Assembly (NCBI GenBank): GCA_964394855.1
Contig: CAYMZD010000002.1
Span: forward strand, 1 to 58,574
DNA length: 58,574 bases
DNA from: an uncultured Gammaproteobacteria bacterium
Lineage (GTDB): Bacteria > Patescibacteriota > Microgenomatia > Daviesbacterales > UBA10151
Direction: 5' to 3'
Within the stretch, counting starts at the first letter, position 1, and each line of letters begins with the position of its first letter. Positions 1-9,075 of the stretch are shown here, piece after piece. The position numbers and the translations under genes were made by a program. The notes beneath the pieces were generated by a model, which did not search any database, had not been told where the DNA came from, and saw only the letters and a program-made list of their open reading frames with translations.

Positions 1-62
1 TTGTCTTTTAGTGGGGGTTAGTTTACAGATTATTCGAACCTAAAGAAAAGCTTGATATTACG

Positions 63-94
63 GGACAAACTGAGCATTTATACGCTCAGCGTCC
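63..94 (-). terminator. Hairpin just downstream of tRNA-Asn (terminator or processing stem)
   Basis: GGAC/GTCC outer pairing and CTGAGC/GCTCAG inner stem; no clear U-tract, so function uncertain. Confidence 0.35.
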
Positions 95-98
95 TATC

Positions 99-173
99 TG
101 GCTCCCCCGGCAGGATTCGAACCTGCAACCTTCAAGTTAACAGCTTGCCGCGCTACCATTGCGCCACAGGGGA
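99..173 (-). tRNA. tRNA-Asn(GTT)
   Basis: Reverse complement folds as a cloverleaf: TCCCCTG acceptor, anticodon loop CT-GTT-AA, GGTTCGAATCC T-loop, encoded CCA. Confidence 0.96.
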
Positions 174-205
174 ATGTGTTGCAATTTTACCACAAAAAGG
201 TCTGT

Positions 206-1294
206 TTATTCCAAATAATCCCTTAACTTTTTAGCTCTGGTGGGGTGTTTAAGTTTCCTAATAGCTTTAGCCTCAATTTGTCTAATTCGCTCCCTGGTCA
301 CTCCAAATTCTCTTCCCACCTCCTCCAAAGTCCGCTGTTTACCATCATCCAGGCCAAAGCGAAGCTGCAACACTCTTTTCTCCCGAGGAGATAAGGTGTC
401 TAGAACTTCATCCAAATGGGCTTTTAAAAGCTCCCTGGTGGCTTGCTCATCAGGCAAAAGCCCCTGGGCTTGAATAAAATCCCCCAAGCGAGAATCATCT
501 TCATCCCCCACTGGTGTTTCCAAGGAGGTGGGCTCTTGGGAAACTTTAATAATTTCTCTGGCTTTTTGGGGCTCAATCCCCATCACCATAGCCACTTCTT
601 CTGGGGTAGGCTCTCTTCCCAACTCCTGCATTAGTTGTCGCTGAATGCGGTTGAAGCGATTAATGGTCTCCACCATGTGAACTGGAATGCGAATAGTCCT
701 GGCTTGATCTGCGATGGCTCGGGTAATGGCTTGGCGAATCCACCAGGTGGCATAGGTGGAGAATTTATATCCCCTTCTCCAGTCATATTTATCAACTGCT
801 CTCATCAAACCAATATTACCCTCTTCTATTAAATCCAAAAGGGACATTCCTCTCCCCACATATTTTTTGGCAATAGAAACTACCAACCTTAAATTAGCAC
901 TGGTTAATTTATCACGGGCCCGCTGGTCTCCTTTTTCAGCCCGTTTGGCCAAATCGATCTCCTCTTGGGCTGTTAAAAGCGCCACCCTACCAATGTCTCG
1001 AAGATATTGGCGAACCGGATCAGTCACAGAACCCCCTTCCAGGGTGGATAAAACTTCTAACTCCTTTTCCAGCTCTGAAACCGCCTTATCCTCATCTTCC
1101 AATTCTTCAGCAGTGGTTTCAAAGACATCCACATTTTCCTCCATCAAGCGGGTATAAAATATATCCAGGTCGGTAATGTTTTCTTCTGGCTTGGGAAAAA
1201 CTTGCAAAATCTCTTCTTGGGTCACAAAACCCCGATCTTTACCAAGTTTTAATAGTTTTTTGACATCCAAAATCGGCTGTTTGGTTCTTTTCAT
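206..1294 (-). CDS. rpoD: RNA polymerase primary sigma factor
   Basis: DPVRQYL (region 1.2), [46 protein letters not shown] (region 2), [21 protein letters not shown] (region 4). Confidence 0.98.
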   Translation of the reverse strand: MKRTKQPILDVKKLLKLGKDRGFVTQEEILQVFPKPEENITDLDIFYTRLMEENVDVFETTAEELEDEDKAVSELEKELEVLSTLEGGSVTDPVRQYLRDIGRVALLTAQEEIDLAKRAEKGDQRARDKLTSANLRLVVSIAKKYVGRGMSLLDLIEEGNIGLMRAVDKYDWRRGYKFSTYATWWIRQAITRAIADQARTIRIPVHMVETINRFNRIQRQLMQELGREPTPEEVAMVMGIEPQKAREIIKVSQEPTSLETPVGDEDDSRLGDFIQAQGLLPDEQATRELLKAHLDEVLDTLSPREKRVLQLRFGLDDGKQRTLEEVGREFGVTRERIRQIEAKAIRKLKHPTRAKKLRDYLE

Positions 1295-1302
1295 TTTGCT
1301 TT

Positions 1303-3096
1303 TTAAAGATTTTTTAATTTTACAGAAAGATCTCTAAATCGTCTATTGAGTATCTCCACCATTTCTATTTTACCAAAGCTCTCGGCATTTTTAATCTCCA
1401 GGGATAACCGCTCCAATGAAGCTTTAATTAAGGCTTTTTTCAGCTCTGCCACCACTCCATCCACTTCTTTTTGCCAAACTCTTCTTTCCACTAGTTTCTC
1501 ATCAAGTTGAGTTAAATACAACCTATCCAGCTCCTCCACCAACTCTTTGGATATCTCTTTGGCAAATTCATTAATATTAAAAGCCCTACCCTTAAATGAA
1601 ATTGAATCTAAATACAGCACCAAAAGCACAAAAATTTGCCGCAGTGGCTCGGCCATCAATAGAGTTTCCGGAAAACCAGGTACAAATAGGTGATCTTTGG
1701 GAATATGCAGTAAAAGAGTAATTAAATATTCCTCCAAAAGCTGCCTGCGGGAACGAGGGTTAATTATTTCATCGTCACTTTGACCAGAGTGAAAAACTTG
1801 ACTATAGTTGGTTGGTCTTTTAAGAGTTTGTCTTTGTTTTTCCACCAACTTTCTTAAAATTGCTTCATCAGTTCGCACCAAGGCTGCCAACTTTTGAATA
1901 TAGTGATCTCTAACTAAATCATCGCTGATTTTGACCCAAATAGGCATCAGTTCTTGGCTAATTTTGCGCAGGGCGGCTGGATCTTGACTGTCATATCTTT
2001 GTGATACTGAATTTAGATAGTAGTCATAAATAGGAGTGGCTTCTGAAATGGCGCTTTGCCATTGTTGTGGGTCTTTTAAAACCACTTCTGCTGCATCTTT
2101 ACCATTTTTAATTTGAACAACTTTAATATTCAATCCTGCCATATCGGCAATCTCTATACCTCTTCTGGCAGCCCAATCTCCTGCCAAGTCTGTATCAAAA
2201 CAAAGACTTAAGTTTTCCGTGTATTTTTTAAGTAGTTCTATTTGCCCTTGGGTTAAGGCTGAACCTTTCACTGCCACCACATGCTTCACTCCTGCTTGAT
2301 ATGATAAAATCACATCCATCTCCCCTTCTAGCAAAATGGCTTCATTGTGACTGCGAATTTCTCCTTTGGTCTGGTGAATTCCAAAAAGAAAGCTGCTTTT
2401 GTCAAAAATGGTAGTTTGGGGAGTGTTGATATATTTAGCTCCTGCTCCCTGATCCTCTCCCAACACTCGCCCAGAAAAACCCAAAATTCTATCCCTGGTA
2501 TCAATTAAGGGAAAGGTCACTCTTCCTCGAAAACGGTCATAACAACCAGACTTTGAAGCTACTCCCAAACCAGATGTGATTAGTTCCTGGGCGCTAAAAC
2601 CTCGTTTAAGTAAAAATTTGCTTAAAGATTCCCAAGAATTGGGAGCATATCCCAAGCCAAAATCCTGTATTGACTGATCACTCACCCCCCTTTTTTTTAA
2701 ATATTCCTTGGCTGTCTGACCGAGCTGATGTTTGGTTAAAAGATAATGGAAAAATTCTTGAGCTTTTAAATTGACCTCAAAAAGTCTTTCTCTGAAATCT
2801 TTTTTCTGACCTGCTTTTCTTTTTAAAACCACTCCTGCTTTTTTGGCTAAAACTTCCAAGGCCTCTTTAAACTCCATTCCTTCTTTCTCCATTAAAAATT
2901 TGAAGTGGTCACCACCACGAGAACAACCAAAACAATGCCAGATTTGCCGCTCGGGAGATACCATAAAAGAAGGAGTTTTTTCGCTATGAAATGGGCAAAG
3001 AGCCTTAAAATTAACACCAGATTTTTTAAGAGGTAAATATTCTTGTATTAAATCAACAATATTAATCCGTTGCTTAATCAGCTCTAAATCATCCAT
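1303..3096 (-). CDS. dnaG: DNA primase (start moved to [10 protein letters not shown]; the longer ORF runs through a tRNA)
   Basis: CHC2 zinc finger [30 protein letters not shown] motifs EGEMD and DTDLAG. Confidence 0.97.
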   Translation of the reverse strand: MDDLELIKQRINIVDLIQEYLPLKKSGVNFKALCPFHSEKTPSFMVSPERQIWHCFGCSRGGDHFKFLMEKEGMEFKEALEVLAKKAGVVLKRKAGQKKDFRERLFEVNLKAQEFFHYLLTKHQLGQTAKEYLKKRGVSDQSIQDFGLGYAPNSWESLSKFLLKRGFSAQELITSGLGVASKSGCYDRFRGRVTFPLIDTRDRILGFSGRVLGEDQGAGAKYINTPQTTIFDKSSFLFGIHQTKGEIRSHNEAILLEGEMDVILSYQAGVKHVVAVKGSALTQGQIELLKKYTENLSLCFDTDLAGDWAARRGIEIADMAGLNIKVVQIKNGKDAAEVVLKDPQQWQSAISEATPIYDYYLNSVSQRYDSQDPAALRKISQELMPIWVKISDDLVRDHYIQKLAALVRTDEAILRKLVEKQRQTLKRPTNYSQVFHSGQSDDEIINPRSRRQLLEEYLITLLLHIPKDHLFVPGFPETLLMAEPLRQIFVLLVLYLDSISFKGRAFNINEFAKEISKELVEELDRLYLTQLDEKLVERRVWQKEVDGVVAELKKALIKASLERLSLEIKNAESFGKIEMVEILNRRFRDLSVKLKNL

Positions 3097-3186
3097 ATTT
3101 TTATCCGATCGCCCGCTCAAAGCGTAGCCACCAGACTTAGGTTGCTTCGGATTATACCCCAAAATTTTCCCAAAAACAAGAGGGGG

Positions 3187-3273
3187 CGGTGGGAGTGGGA
3201 TTCGAACCCACGGTCGCCTTGCGGCGACACGATCTTTCCAGGATCGCCAGTTAAACCACTCCTGCATCCCACC
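3187..3273 (-). tRNA. tRNA-Ser(GGA)
   Basis: GGTGGGA acceptor, CGATC-CT GGA AA-GATCG anticodon arm, long variable arm, GGTTCGAATCC. Confidence 0.95.
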
Positions 3274-3315
3274 TTAAAACATTCAAATTATACTAGCTCA
3301 TGTTATACTTTAAAA

Positions 3316-3549
3316 GTGATTGATCAAAATAAAATTTTACTGATTATTATTGCTCTGTGGGAGCTGGTGTGGAAAGGAATTGCCCTGTGGAAGGCAGCTC
3401 AAAATAAACATTTAATCTGGTTTTTAGTTATTTTCATCATCAACAGTCTTGGCGTTTTGCCAATTTTATATCTTTTATATTTAAGGTTTCAAGATAGACT
3501 TCGCTTTTTGCAAAAGTTCCTGATCCCCTTTAAATTCAAGCTTTTTTAA
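3316..3549 (+). CDS. Small membrane protein, DUF5652-like (GTG start chosen; longer ORF overlaps the tRNA)
   Basis: LWELVWKGIALWKAAQNKHLIWF..INSLGVLPILY pattern; TGnTATACT 6 nt before GTG. Confidence 0.7.
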   Translation: MIDQNKILLIIIALWELVWKGIALWKAAQNKHLIWFLVIFIINSLGVLPILYLLYLRFQDRLRFLQKFLIPFKFKLF

Positions 3550-3885
3550 AGCTTCATCCAGCTCATACCAACCTGCTTCTTCCATTTCCCAATCATGGTC
3601 TTTCGGGTCTCCGGAAATATACTCCATTAAAAAATAAGTCACTACTTTAAATATTTTCTCGTTATTAAATGTATAAATATATTTTGAATAACCCACTTTA
3701 CCTAAAATTTTAGCTTCCACTCCCCCTTCTTCCTTGACTTCCCGCAGGGCTGTTTCCTCACTTTTGTGGCCCTCTTCAATTAAGCCCTTGGGAAAACCCC
3801 AGTGATGGTTGGTAGAGTGCTTAGTCAAAAGCACTTGGCCTTTTTTATTAAATACAATTCCACCTGCAGAAAATTCTCTTTTCAT
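3481..3885 (-). CDS. NUDIX hydrolase (Ap4A hydrolase-like)
   Basis: Nudix box GFPKGLIEEGHKSEETALREVKEEGG. Confidence 0.93.
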   Translation of the reverse strand: MKREFSAGGIVFNKKGQVLLTKHSTNHHWGFPKGLIEEGHKSEETALREVKEEGGVEAKILGKVGYSKYIYTFNNEKIFKVVTYFLMEYISGDPKDHDWEMEEAGWYELDEALKKLEFKGDQELLQKAKSILKP

Positions 3886-3920
3886 AACAGATACTTATTA
3901 TACCTTACACCATTAACCCA

Positions 3921-3950
3921 TTGACATTTATATTATTGTTGCTTTAAAAT
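3921..3950 (+). promoter_or_regulatory. Sigma70 promoter
   Basis: TTGACA, 18 nt, TAAAAT upstream of ATG 3971. Confidence 0.6.
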
Positions 3951-3970
3951 CCGATCATTGCCTTGATTTA

Positions 3971-4702
3971 ATGATCCAAGAAAAAATTATCACAGAAGAA
4001 GACCTTATTGATCCTCAAGATATAATAACTAGAGCTTTGGAGTTAAACGGATTGTCGGTCGGTCAAGTCAATTCTGATACTACCACGTTTTCTCAACCTA
4101 TTACCAGATATAGTATAGATTCAAACTTAAGAAGCTTTCTGGAAGAACGTGAATTTAGATTCAGACCATCAGATCACGGTCTTCATCTAATCAACACCCA
4201 AGCTCATGGAGATATTGGGTGGCGCTTTGATCCCAACGCACGGGAACTATTTTTATCTCCTATTGTCAGAATACAGATTATGCAACAAGAACGCGGAGTT
4301 ATGGTTTATCCAGACATAGGAGGATCTTTAAAAGCATCTTGTATGCATGAATATTCTAACTATAGATTATTCCTTGCTTTAACTGAATATGATCAACAAT
4401 CATCCGACTTATCAAGGAGAGTGGTGGTAAATGAGGGTCGATTATTAATTCCGTGGCAAGAATTAGGTCTTGCCGGCATTAGAACTGTTCAGGAACTTTT
4501 CAATGAATTGTTTAGAAATAGAGAGTTAGTTGAAAGTTTGGCAAGAATTTATCATCTTTCTCCATTCCGTCCCCATATATACTCACCTGATCAGTTTGAA
4601 CATCCAGAGCGTAAATTTATAGAGGAAGCTTTACAGGGAACATTACTTCGTCAGTGGAGAACCCAACTGGAAAAATTTAAGCAAGGGTTATCAGTAAATT
4701 AA
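3971..4702 (+). CDS. Hypothetical protein
   Basis: 243-codon ORF with its own promoter; no family recognised. Confidence 0.75.
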   Translation: MIQEKIITEEDLIDPQDIITRALELNGLSVGQVNSDTTTFSQPITRYSIDSNLRSFLEEREFRFRPSDHGLHLINTQAHGDIGWRFDPNARELFLSPIVRIQIMQQERGVMVYPDIGGSLKASCMHEYSNYRLFLALTEYDQQSSDLSRRVVVNEGRLLIPWQELGLAGIRTVQELFNELFRNRELVESLARIYHLSPFRPHIYSPDQFEHPERKFIEEALQGTLLRQWRTQLEKFKQGLSVN

Positions 4703-4736
4703 TTTAAATTCTCTTTTCATCATTCTTACAGCTTTG

Positions 4737-5513
4737 TTAAGGTTTAGTTGCCAAAATGGCGGAGTGAAGAACCCCATTATTAAATAAATGGTCGGGGTAA
4801 AAAATGTCTGCCGCTTTACCATCAAGTTTGGTCATTACCCCCCCCGCCTCTTCCATAATCACTTTGACCGCAGCCCAATCCCATGGTTTACCACCTCTGT
4901 ACAAACCAGCATCAAATCTACCTGCTGCAATATAACAGATTTCCAATAAGGAACAGTTTAAAATTGAGGCTGCCAAAATTCTACCGCTTAAACTATTCAA
5001 CCAAGCAGTATTTTTGCCGGCAGCTTCGGGAGAATAAAAATAATTAGTCACCAAAAAAGCCTGATCCAATGTGGACTTTTGACTAACATGGATTGGTTGT
5101 CCGTTTAAAGTGGCTCCCTGACCTTTTTGGGCCAAGAAAAATTCATTAAGCCTTGGGCAAAAAATAGCCCCAATTTGACCCTCCCCTTGATCGTAAAAAG
5201 CCACAGACACCACCCAAAGCGGTATGCCAAAAGTAAAATTCCGCGTTCCATCCAAAGGATCAATAATCCAGCAGGGTTTTTGTAGGCTAACCTCTTTTAT
5301 CCCCTCCTCTTCCGTTAAAATCTGATGGTCGGGAAAACGTCTCTTAACAGCAGTAACCAGATAATTTTCAGAGGCCAAATCAGCCTGGGTGGTATAATCT
5401 CCAGAACCCCTATCAGCAACTTTGACAATACTACCTTGATGCTTAAGCAATATCCTCCCGGCTTTTCTGGTAATTTGTTCTATAAATTTTACTGTTGGTT
5501 GTAACTCTTTCAT
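4737..5513 (-). CDS. suhB: Inositol monophosphatase family protein (SuhB-like)
   Basis: TQADLASE, ILTEE, WIIDPLDGTRNF, KPWDWAA motifs; start set at MKELQ. Confidence 0.9.
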   Translation of the reverse strand: MKELQPTVKFIEQITRKAGRILLKHQGSIVKVADRGSGDYTTQADLASENYLVTAVKRRFPDHQILTEEEGIKEVSLQKPCWIIDPLDGTRNFTFGIPLWVVSVAFYDQGEGQIGAIFCPRLNEFFLAQKGQGATLNGQPIHVSQKSTLDQAFLVTNYFYSPEAAGKNTAWLNSLSGRILAASILNCSLLEICYIAAGRFDAGLYRGGKPWDWAAVKVIMEEAGGVMTKLDGKAADIFYPDHLFNNGVLHSAILATKP

Positions 5514-6007
5514 TTTCCCTCCCACCATTGAAGTGTTAATTTGTGGTATTCCTCAATATCATAAGCCACAAAACCTGGCGTTTGAAACAGGATCATTTCT
5601 TTTAAGCTCAATCCTCTTGCTGATAACTCCTGCCACATAAACCCACTGCAATCCCTGCAAGATAAATCATCGGAAACACACATACCACCATTTTCTACTT
5701 TTAGGTGTAAGACTGAAGCTTGTCTGATATCATGCCCTTTAAAAATAGCATCCTGAATTGCATCTCTTTCTGCATGAATGGTAAATAGGTTGCACACTTT
5801 CTCGCACACTGCTGGTCGACAAAACCTTCCCTGGGGTGGTCTATTATAACCTCTACCTAACAAATCAACCGCAGCCAGTCCTGGGTTGATGTTAAAAACA
5901 ACTGCTCCTCTTCGGGATTTCCAACAGGAAGATAAAAGCGCAGACTCCTGGGCAGCTTGGATTACTCTTGTCATCAGGGTTATTTCTCTGGCTTCTAAAA
6001 TTCTCAT
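5510..6007 (-). CDS. Zinc-dependent cytidine/dCMP deaminase family protein
   Basis: SSC..GAVV, GRGYNRPP, HAE and SCRDC motifs; start set at MRILEAR because the upstream extension is repeat sequence. Confidence 0.8.
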   Translation of the reverse strand: MRILEAREITLMTRVIQAAQESALLSSCWKSRRGAVVFNINPGLAAVDLLGRGYNRPPQGRFCRPAVCEKVCNLFTIHAERDAIQDAIFKGHDIRQASVLHLKVENGGMCVSDDLSCRDCSGFMWQELSARGLSLKEMILFQTPGFVAYDIEEYHKLTLQWWEGK

Positions 6008-6022
6008 ATTATTTTGGTGCTG

Positions 6023-6072
6023 TGGCGAAACGTAATAATTCGCCTTTGGCGGATTAAACGTTTCAGCAACGT
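6023..6072. repeat. 50-bp palindromic direct repeat, copy 1
   Basis: TGGCGAAACGTAATAATTCGCCTTTGGCGGATTAAACGTTTCAGCAACGT, identical to 6457-6506. Confidence 0.95.
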
Positions 6073-6100
6073 TTAAATTGTAGGGCAATTTATTACGCTG

Positions 6101-6188
6101 CGGAGGCGGTAGGATTCGAACCTACGTGAGCCTTTCGACTCCCAGGGTTTTCGAAACCCGGCTGATAAACCACTCCAAGCACGCCTCC
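6101..6188 (-). tRNA. tRNA-Ser(CGA)
   Basis: GGAGGCG acceptor, loop TT-CGA-AA, long variable arm, GGTTCGAATCC. Confidence 0.92.
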
Positions 6189-6191
6189 AAA

Positions 6192-6440
6192 TTACAAAGA
6201 TCTTTTTAATAGTTTTTTAATACTTCTAAATCCCCATCCACTTTTTAGATAAATCTCTCTCTGTTTTGCGTCAATTCTATTTGTAAAAGCTTCATAGAAA
6301 ATTAGTCTGTATGGTCTTTTATATTTTGTTGATATTGATAAACCATCATTGTGTTCCTTAAAGCGTTTTTTCAGATCAGCAGTATAACCTATATACAAAC
6401 TATCATCTTTTTGACTCTTTAGAATATATACATAATACAT
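6192..6440 (-). CDS. Stand-alone GIY-YIG nuclease (YhbQ-like)
   Basis: MYYVYIL..LYIGYT.DLKKRFKEHN..LIFYEAF..A.QRE..LK; start set at MYYVY. Confidence 0.92.
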   Translation of the reverse strand: MYYVYILKSQKDDSLYIGYTADLKKRFKEHNDGLSISTKYKRPYRLIFYEAFTNRIDAKQREIYLKSGWGFRSIKKLLKRSL

Positions 6441-6456
6441 TATTAAGTAATTTAAT

Positions 6457-6506
6457 TGGCGAAACGTAATAATTCGCCTTTGGCGGATTAAACGTTTCAG
6501 CAACGT
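6457..6506. repeat. 50-bp palindromic direct repeat, copy 2
   Basis: Identical to 6023-6072; followed by a further AACGT-rich imperfect hairpin at 6501-6549. Confidence 0.95.
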
Positions 6507-6549
6507 AAAAACGTAAAATTTGTTTTGCAAATTAACGTTTTGTACGTTG

Positions 6550-6622
6550 CGCGCCCGGCGGGAATTGAACCCACAACCGCCAGATCCGCAATCTGGTGTT
6601 CTGTCCGTTGAACTACGGGCGC
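6550..6622 (-). tRNA. tRNA-Arg(GCG)
   Basis: GCGCCCG acceptor, CCAGA-TT GCG GA-TCTGG anticodon arm, GGTTCAATTCC. Confidence 0.93.
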
Positions 6623-6644
6623 AACAGGGGTATTTTACAACTTT

Positions 6645-7229
6645 TTAGTGATGGATGTTTTCCAGGGGAAAATGTTTCGCCAGACCTTCTGCCCAGCGAT
6701 CTAAAAGTGTTGTTCTGGGAATTTCATGAAATGGTAAAAACCTGGCCACTTCTTTTTTGACCTCTTCAGTGTCCTGTCCGCCAGCTGGCAGACCCAAAAC
6801 TAACATTAACTGACCGGGAAAGCGGAGCAAAGTTTGAATATACAACACCCTAAAGCCCTCTTTTTCTTTAAACCAAAACGAATCCAGTTCATGCCAAAAA
6901 TAAAAATGATCTCCAATAGTGACCCCTTGGGTGGAGATTTTATAAGTGACATCTTCTGGAGGGATAAAAGCCAAAACATAACTGACAAAAGTTAAAGCCA
7001 AAAGCACTCCAATCAACAAAAACTCCCTGGCTAAAAGAGCAATCAGGATTAACAGAATAACCAAAATAGCAATAGTAGTATAATAGGAACGCTCCTTTTT
7101 CCTAAAGGGCCTGGCTGGAGCTTGCCAAGAAAGTAAAGTTTTGACCTCCCCTGCTTCTCCCACTTTGGGATAAAATTCATCTTCACTTTCTTGTTTGGTT
7201 TCAATTGGTTTAGAAAAAAACTTAGGCAT
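6645..7229 (-). CDS. Conserved membrane protein (two TM helices plus PH-like C-terminal region)
   Basis: W.AP motif, hydrophobic pair of helices, YKISTQGV.I..FY.W pattern; carries an 18-bp palindrome in frame. Confidence 0.75.
   Translation of the reverse strand: MPKFFSKPIETKQESEDEFYPKVGEAGEVKTLLSWQAPARPFRKKERSYYTTIAILVILLILIALLAREFLLIGVLLALTFVSYVLAFIPPEDVTYKISTQGVTIGDHFYFWHELDSFWFKEKEGFRVLYIQTLLRFPGQLMLVLGLPAGGQDTEEVKKEVARFLPFHEIPRTTLLDRWAEGLAKHFPLENIHH
6776..6793. repeat. Intragenic short palindrome (CCAGCTGG family)
   Basis: GTCCGCCAGCTGGCAGAC, encodes LPAGGQ on the minus strand. Confidence 0.7.
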
Positions 7230-7274
7230 TATATTAATTGTAAATTATCAATCGGCAATTGTAAATTGATTGTG

Positions 7275-7361
7275 CGGTGGGGGTGGGATTCGAACCCACG
7301 AGAAGCTTCCGCCCCTAGCGGTTTTCAAGACCGCCGCACTAGGCCACTATGCGACCCCACC
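7275..7361 (-). tRNA. tRNA-Ser(TGA)
   Basis: GCGGT-CT TGA AA-ACCGC anticodon arm, long variable arm. Confidence 0.95.
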
Positions 7362-7369
7362 ATGATAAG

Positions 7370-7456
7370 CGGAGAGGGTGGGATTCGAACCCACGATACC
7401 CTTACGGGTATAGCTCGTTAGCACCGAGCGGCACTCGACCACTATGCGACCTCTCC
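7370..7456 (-). tRNA. tRNA-Ser(GCT)
   Basis: GCTCG-GT GCT AA-CGAGC anticodon arm, long variable arm, GGAGAGG acceptor. Confidence 0.93.
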
Positions 7457-7489
7457 TTACGCACCTAATTTTACCAGAAATAGGAATAT

Positions 7490-8194
7490 TTATCTAGCCA
7501 AAGTTATTGCCCAGACTTTTTTAGCGCCGGCGCGTTTTAGCACATAGCAACATTCTCTCAATGTTGACCCGGTAGTCCAGACATCATCTATTAGCAGAGT
7601 ATGGGGTTTGGGGTATCGGGTATAGCTAGGGGTAATCTCAAAAGCATTTTTGATATTTTGTCTTCTCTCCCTTTCAGAAAGCTTTGTTTGGGAACGGGTA
7701 TAACGAGTACGTTTTAAGGCCTCACAGTAATTTAAACCTAACTTTTTGGATAAAAATTGTCCCAGTAGTGCTGACTGATTAAAACCCCGATCATTGTGCC
7801 TCCACCAAAAAAGAGGCACTGGTACCACTACCCATCCTTTCCCTTTATCTTTCTTTATTTCATCCAGTAAAAAAGGTTGGTATTTAGCCCAATATTCCAG
7901 TAAAATATCCACCAAAACCGGGGCAAAATCCCTCACTAATTTGGGTTTATATTTTAATTTTTGAATGGCAGCTCTTAAGGGATCTTGATAAACCCCTAAA
8001 CTCCATAAGCCATCTAAACCATACTTCCTTCTGCAAACAGGGTGAGTCGCTCCTCCAATGGCCAATCTTTCACATCTGGGGCAAACTAGATCTCCTTGTT
8101 TAATATCATTCACACAATCAGCACAAAAATATGTCCCCTCTTTTCCGCAACCCACACATTTTTTGGGAAATAAAAAATCCAAGACAAAGCTCAT
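7490..8194 (-). CDS. comF: ComF family competence protein (zinc finger plus PRTase domain)
   Basis: C..C..C..C..C..C N-terminus, RGFNQS, LLIDDVWTTGSTL. Confidence 0.92.
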   Translation of the reverse strand: MSFVLDFLFPKKCVGCGKEGTYFCADCVNDIKQGDLVCPRCERLAIGGATHPVCRRKYGLDGLWSLGVYQDPLRAAIQKLKYKPKLVRDFAPVLVDILLEYWAKYQPFLLDEIKKDKGKGWVVVPVPLFWWRHNDRGFNQSALLGQFLSKKLGLNYCEALKRTRYTRSQTKLSERERRQNIKNAFEITPSYTRYPKPHTLLIDDVWTTGSTLRECCYVLKRAGAKKVWAITLAR

Positions 8195-8237
8195 GCCACT
8201 TGATTTTAGGCCTTGAGTGTGGTATATTACAACTTAC

Positions 8238-8595
8238 GGGGATGTCAAGTTTCGACAGGATGGCACTTTAAAAACTGCAAGCCGTTAAACCAATCTGTAA
8301 CGTAAAATTGTGTTGGGAAAGACAAACGCCAATTTATTTGGTCGTTCCAATAGAGTAAGCGGAGCTTACGCCTAAAGGTGTTTTAAGGTAGCTTCAAGAC
8401 GTATCCTTAAAGCAAGTACCCAGCCTTGATGCAGTTCCGATGATTTAATCCATCAATCGGAATCAAGCAATTTGGATTAAGTATTAACCTTCCTGCTAGT
8501 AGGTTACAAGTTAATACTCTCATATATACTAGCTAAGCTTGTAGAAGTTTTTAAAAGGTTTATCTTGGACGGGGGTGCAAAACCCCCCATCTCCA
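8238..8595 (+). ncRNA. ssrA: tmRNA
   Basis: 5' GGGGATG..TTCGAC, 3' CATCTCCA with G3:U70 pair, internal tag ORF 8316-8375 ending AYA-stop, smpB nearby. Confidence 0.93.
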
Positions 8596-8658
8596 CCCAT
8601 CATTCTTTGCCTGTTAATTCCTGTTCTGCGGGTAGCGACTTTTTTGTTTTCTCTATGT

Positions 8659-9075
8659 TTAAGCTAGCTCAAAACCGGCTTTAGTAAAATGGGCATCAAA
8701 GGCGGCCGCTTTTTTCAAACCTAATCTTTTCATTAAGGCAAATGATACACAATCGGTAAAGGAGAGTTTACTCCAATCTTTTAAAAACCAGTCCCAGGCC
8801 CCAGCTTCATCGGCCACTGACACCCGGACAATTTTTAAAATCGCCGAGATGGTGGTCAGATATTTTCTCAATTCGTTGACTATTTCTAAACCACATTTTA
8901 TCCTGATCAGAGTAAAGCTTTCGTCAAGAACGTAGTTAGAAGTAATTAAACTAATTTGTTGCTGATTTACTTTTTGTTCAATTTTCTTGGCCTGTTGATG
9001 AAATTTGTCTTTGGGGTCAATAATTGCCTTAAAAAAGCTAGTATCTACAAAAGCCATGCCTTGATCATTCTTCAT
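8659..9075 (-). CDS. vapC: PIN-domain (VapC-like) toxin
   Basis: FVDTSFF, TSNYVLDE, LSFTDCVSFALM, AFDAHF motifs. Confidence 0.92.
   Translation of the reverse strand: MKNDQGMAFVDTSFFKAIIDPKDKFHQQAKKIEQKVNQQQISLITSNYVLDESFTLIRIKCGLEIVNELRKYLTTISAILKIVRVSVADEAGAWDWFLKDWSKLSFTDCVSFALMKRLGLKKAAAFDAHFTKAGFELA

Noticed and set aside
52-234. 60-aa ORF, and likewise 7191-7421
   Set aside because: Both are antisense to tRNA genes, with no protein signature.
3097-3267. N-terminal extension of dnaG in the ORF track
   Set aside because: It is the reading of tRNA-Ser(GGA) and its spacer; primase similarity starts at MDDLEL.
3142-3315. N-terminal extension of the 135-aa plus-strand ORF
   Set aside because: It is antisense to tRNA-Ser(GGA); the membrane-protein pattern and promoter point to GTG 3316.
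5510-6007. TadA call
   Set aside because: It lacks the TadA EVPVGA and TLEPC motifs, resembles dCMP deaminases, and the adjacent Arg tRNA has GCG, which needs no editing.
6008-6088. Apparent shared peptide (NVAETFNPPKANYYVSP / RLIRQRRIITFRQ) in extended ORFs
   Set aside because: These are translations of the 50-bp repeat, not protein homology.
6023-6506. CRISPR array
   Set aside because: Only two 50-bp copies 434 bp apart, enclosing real genes; no spacer periodicity and no cas genes.
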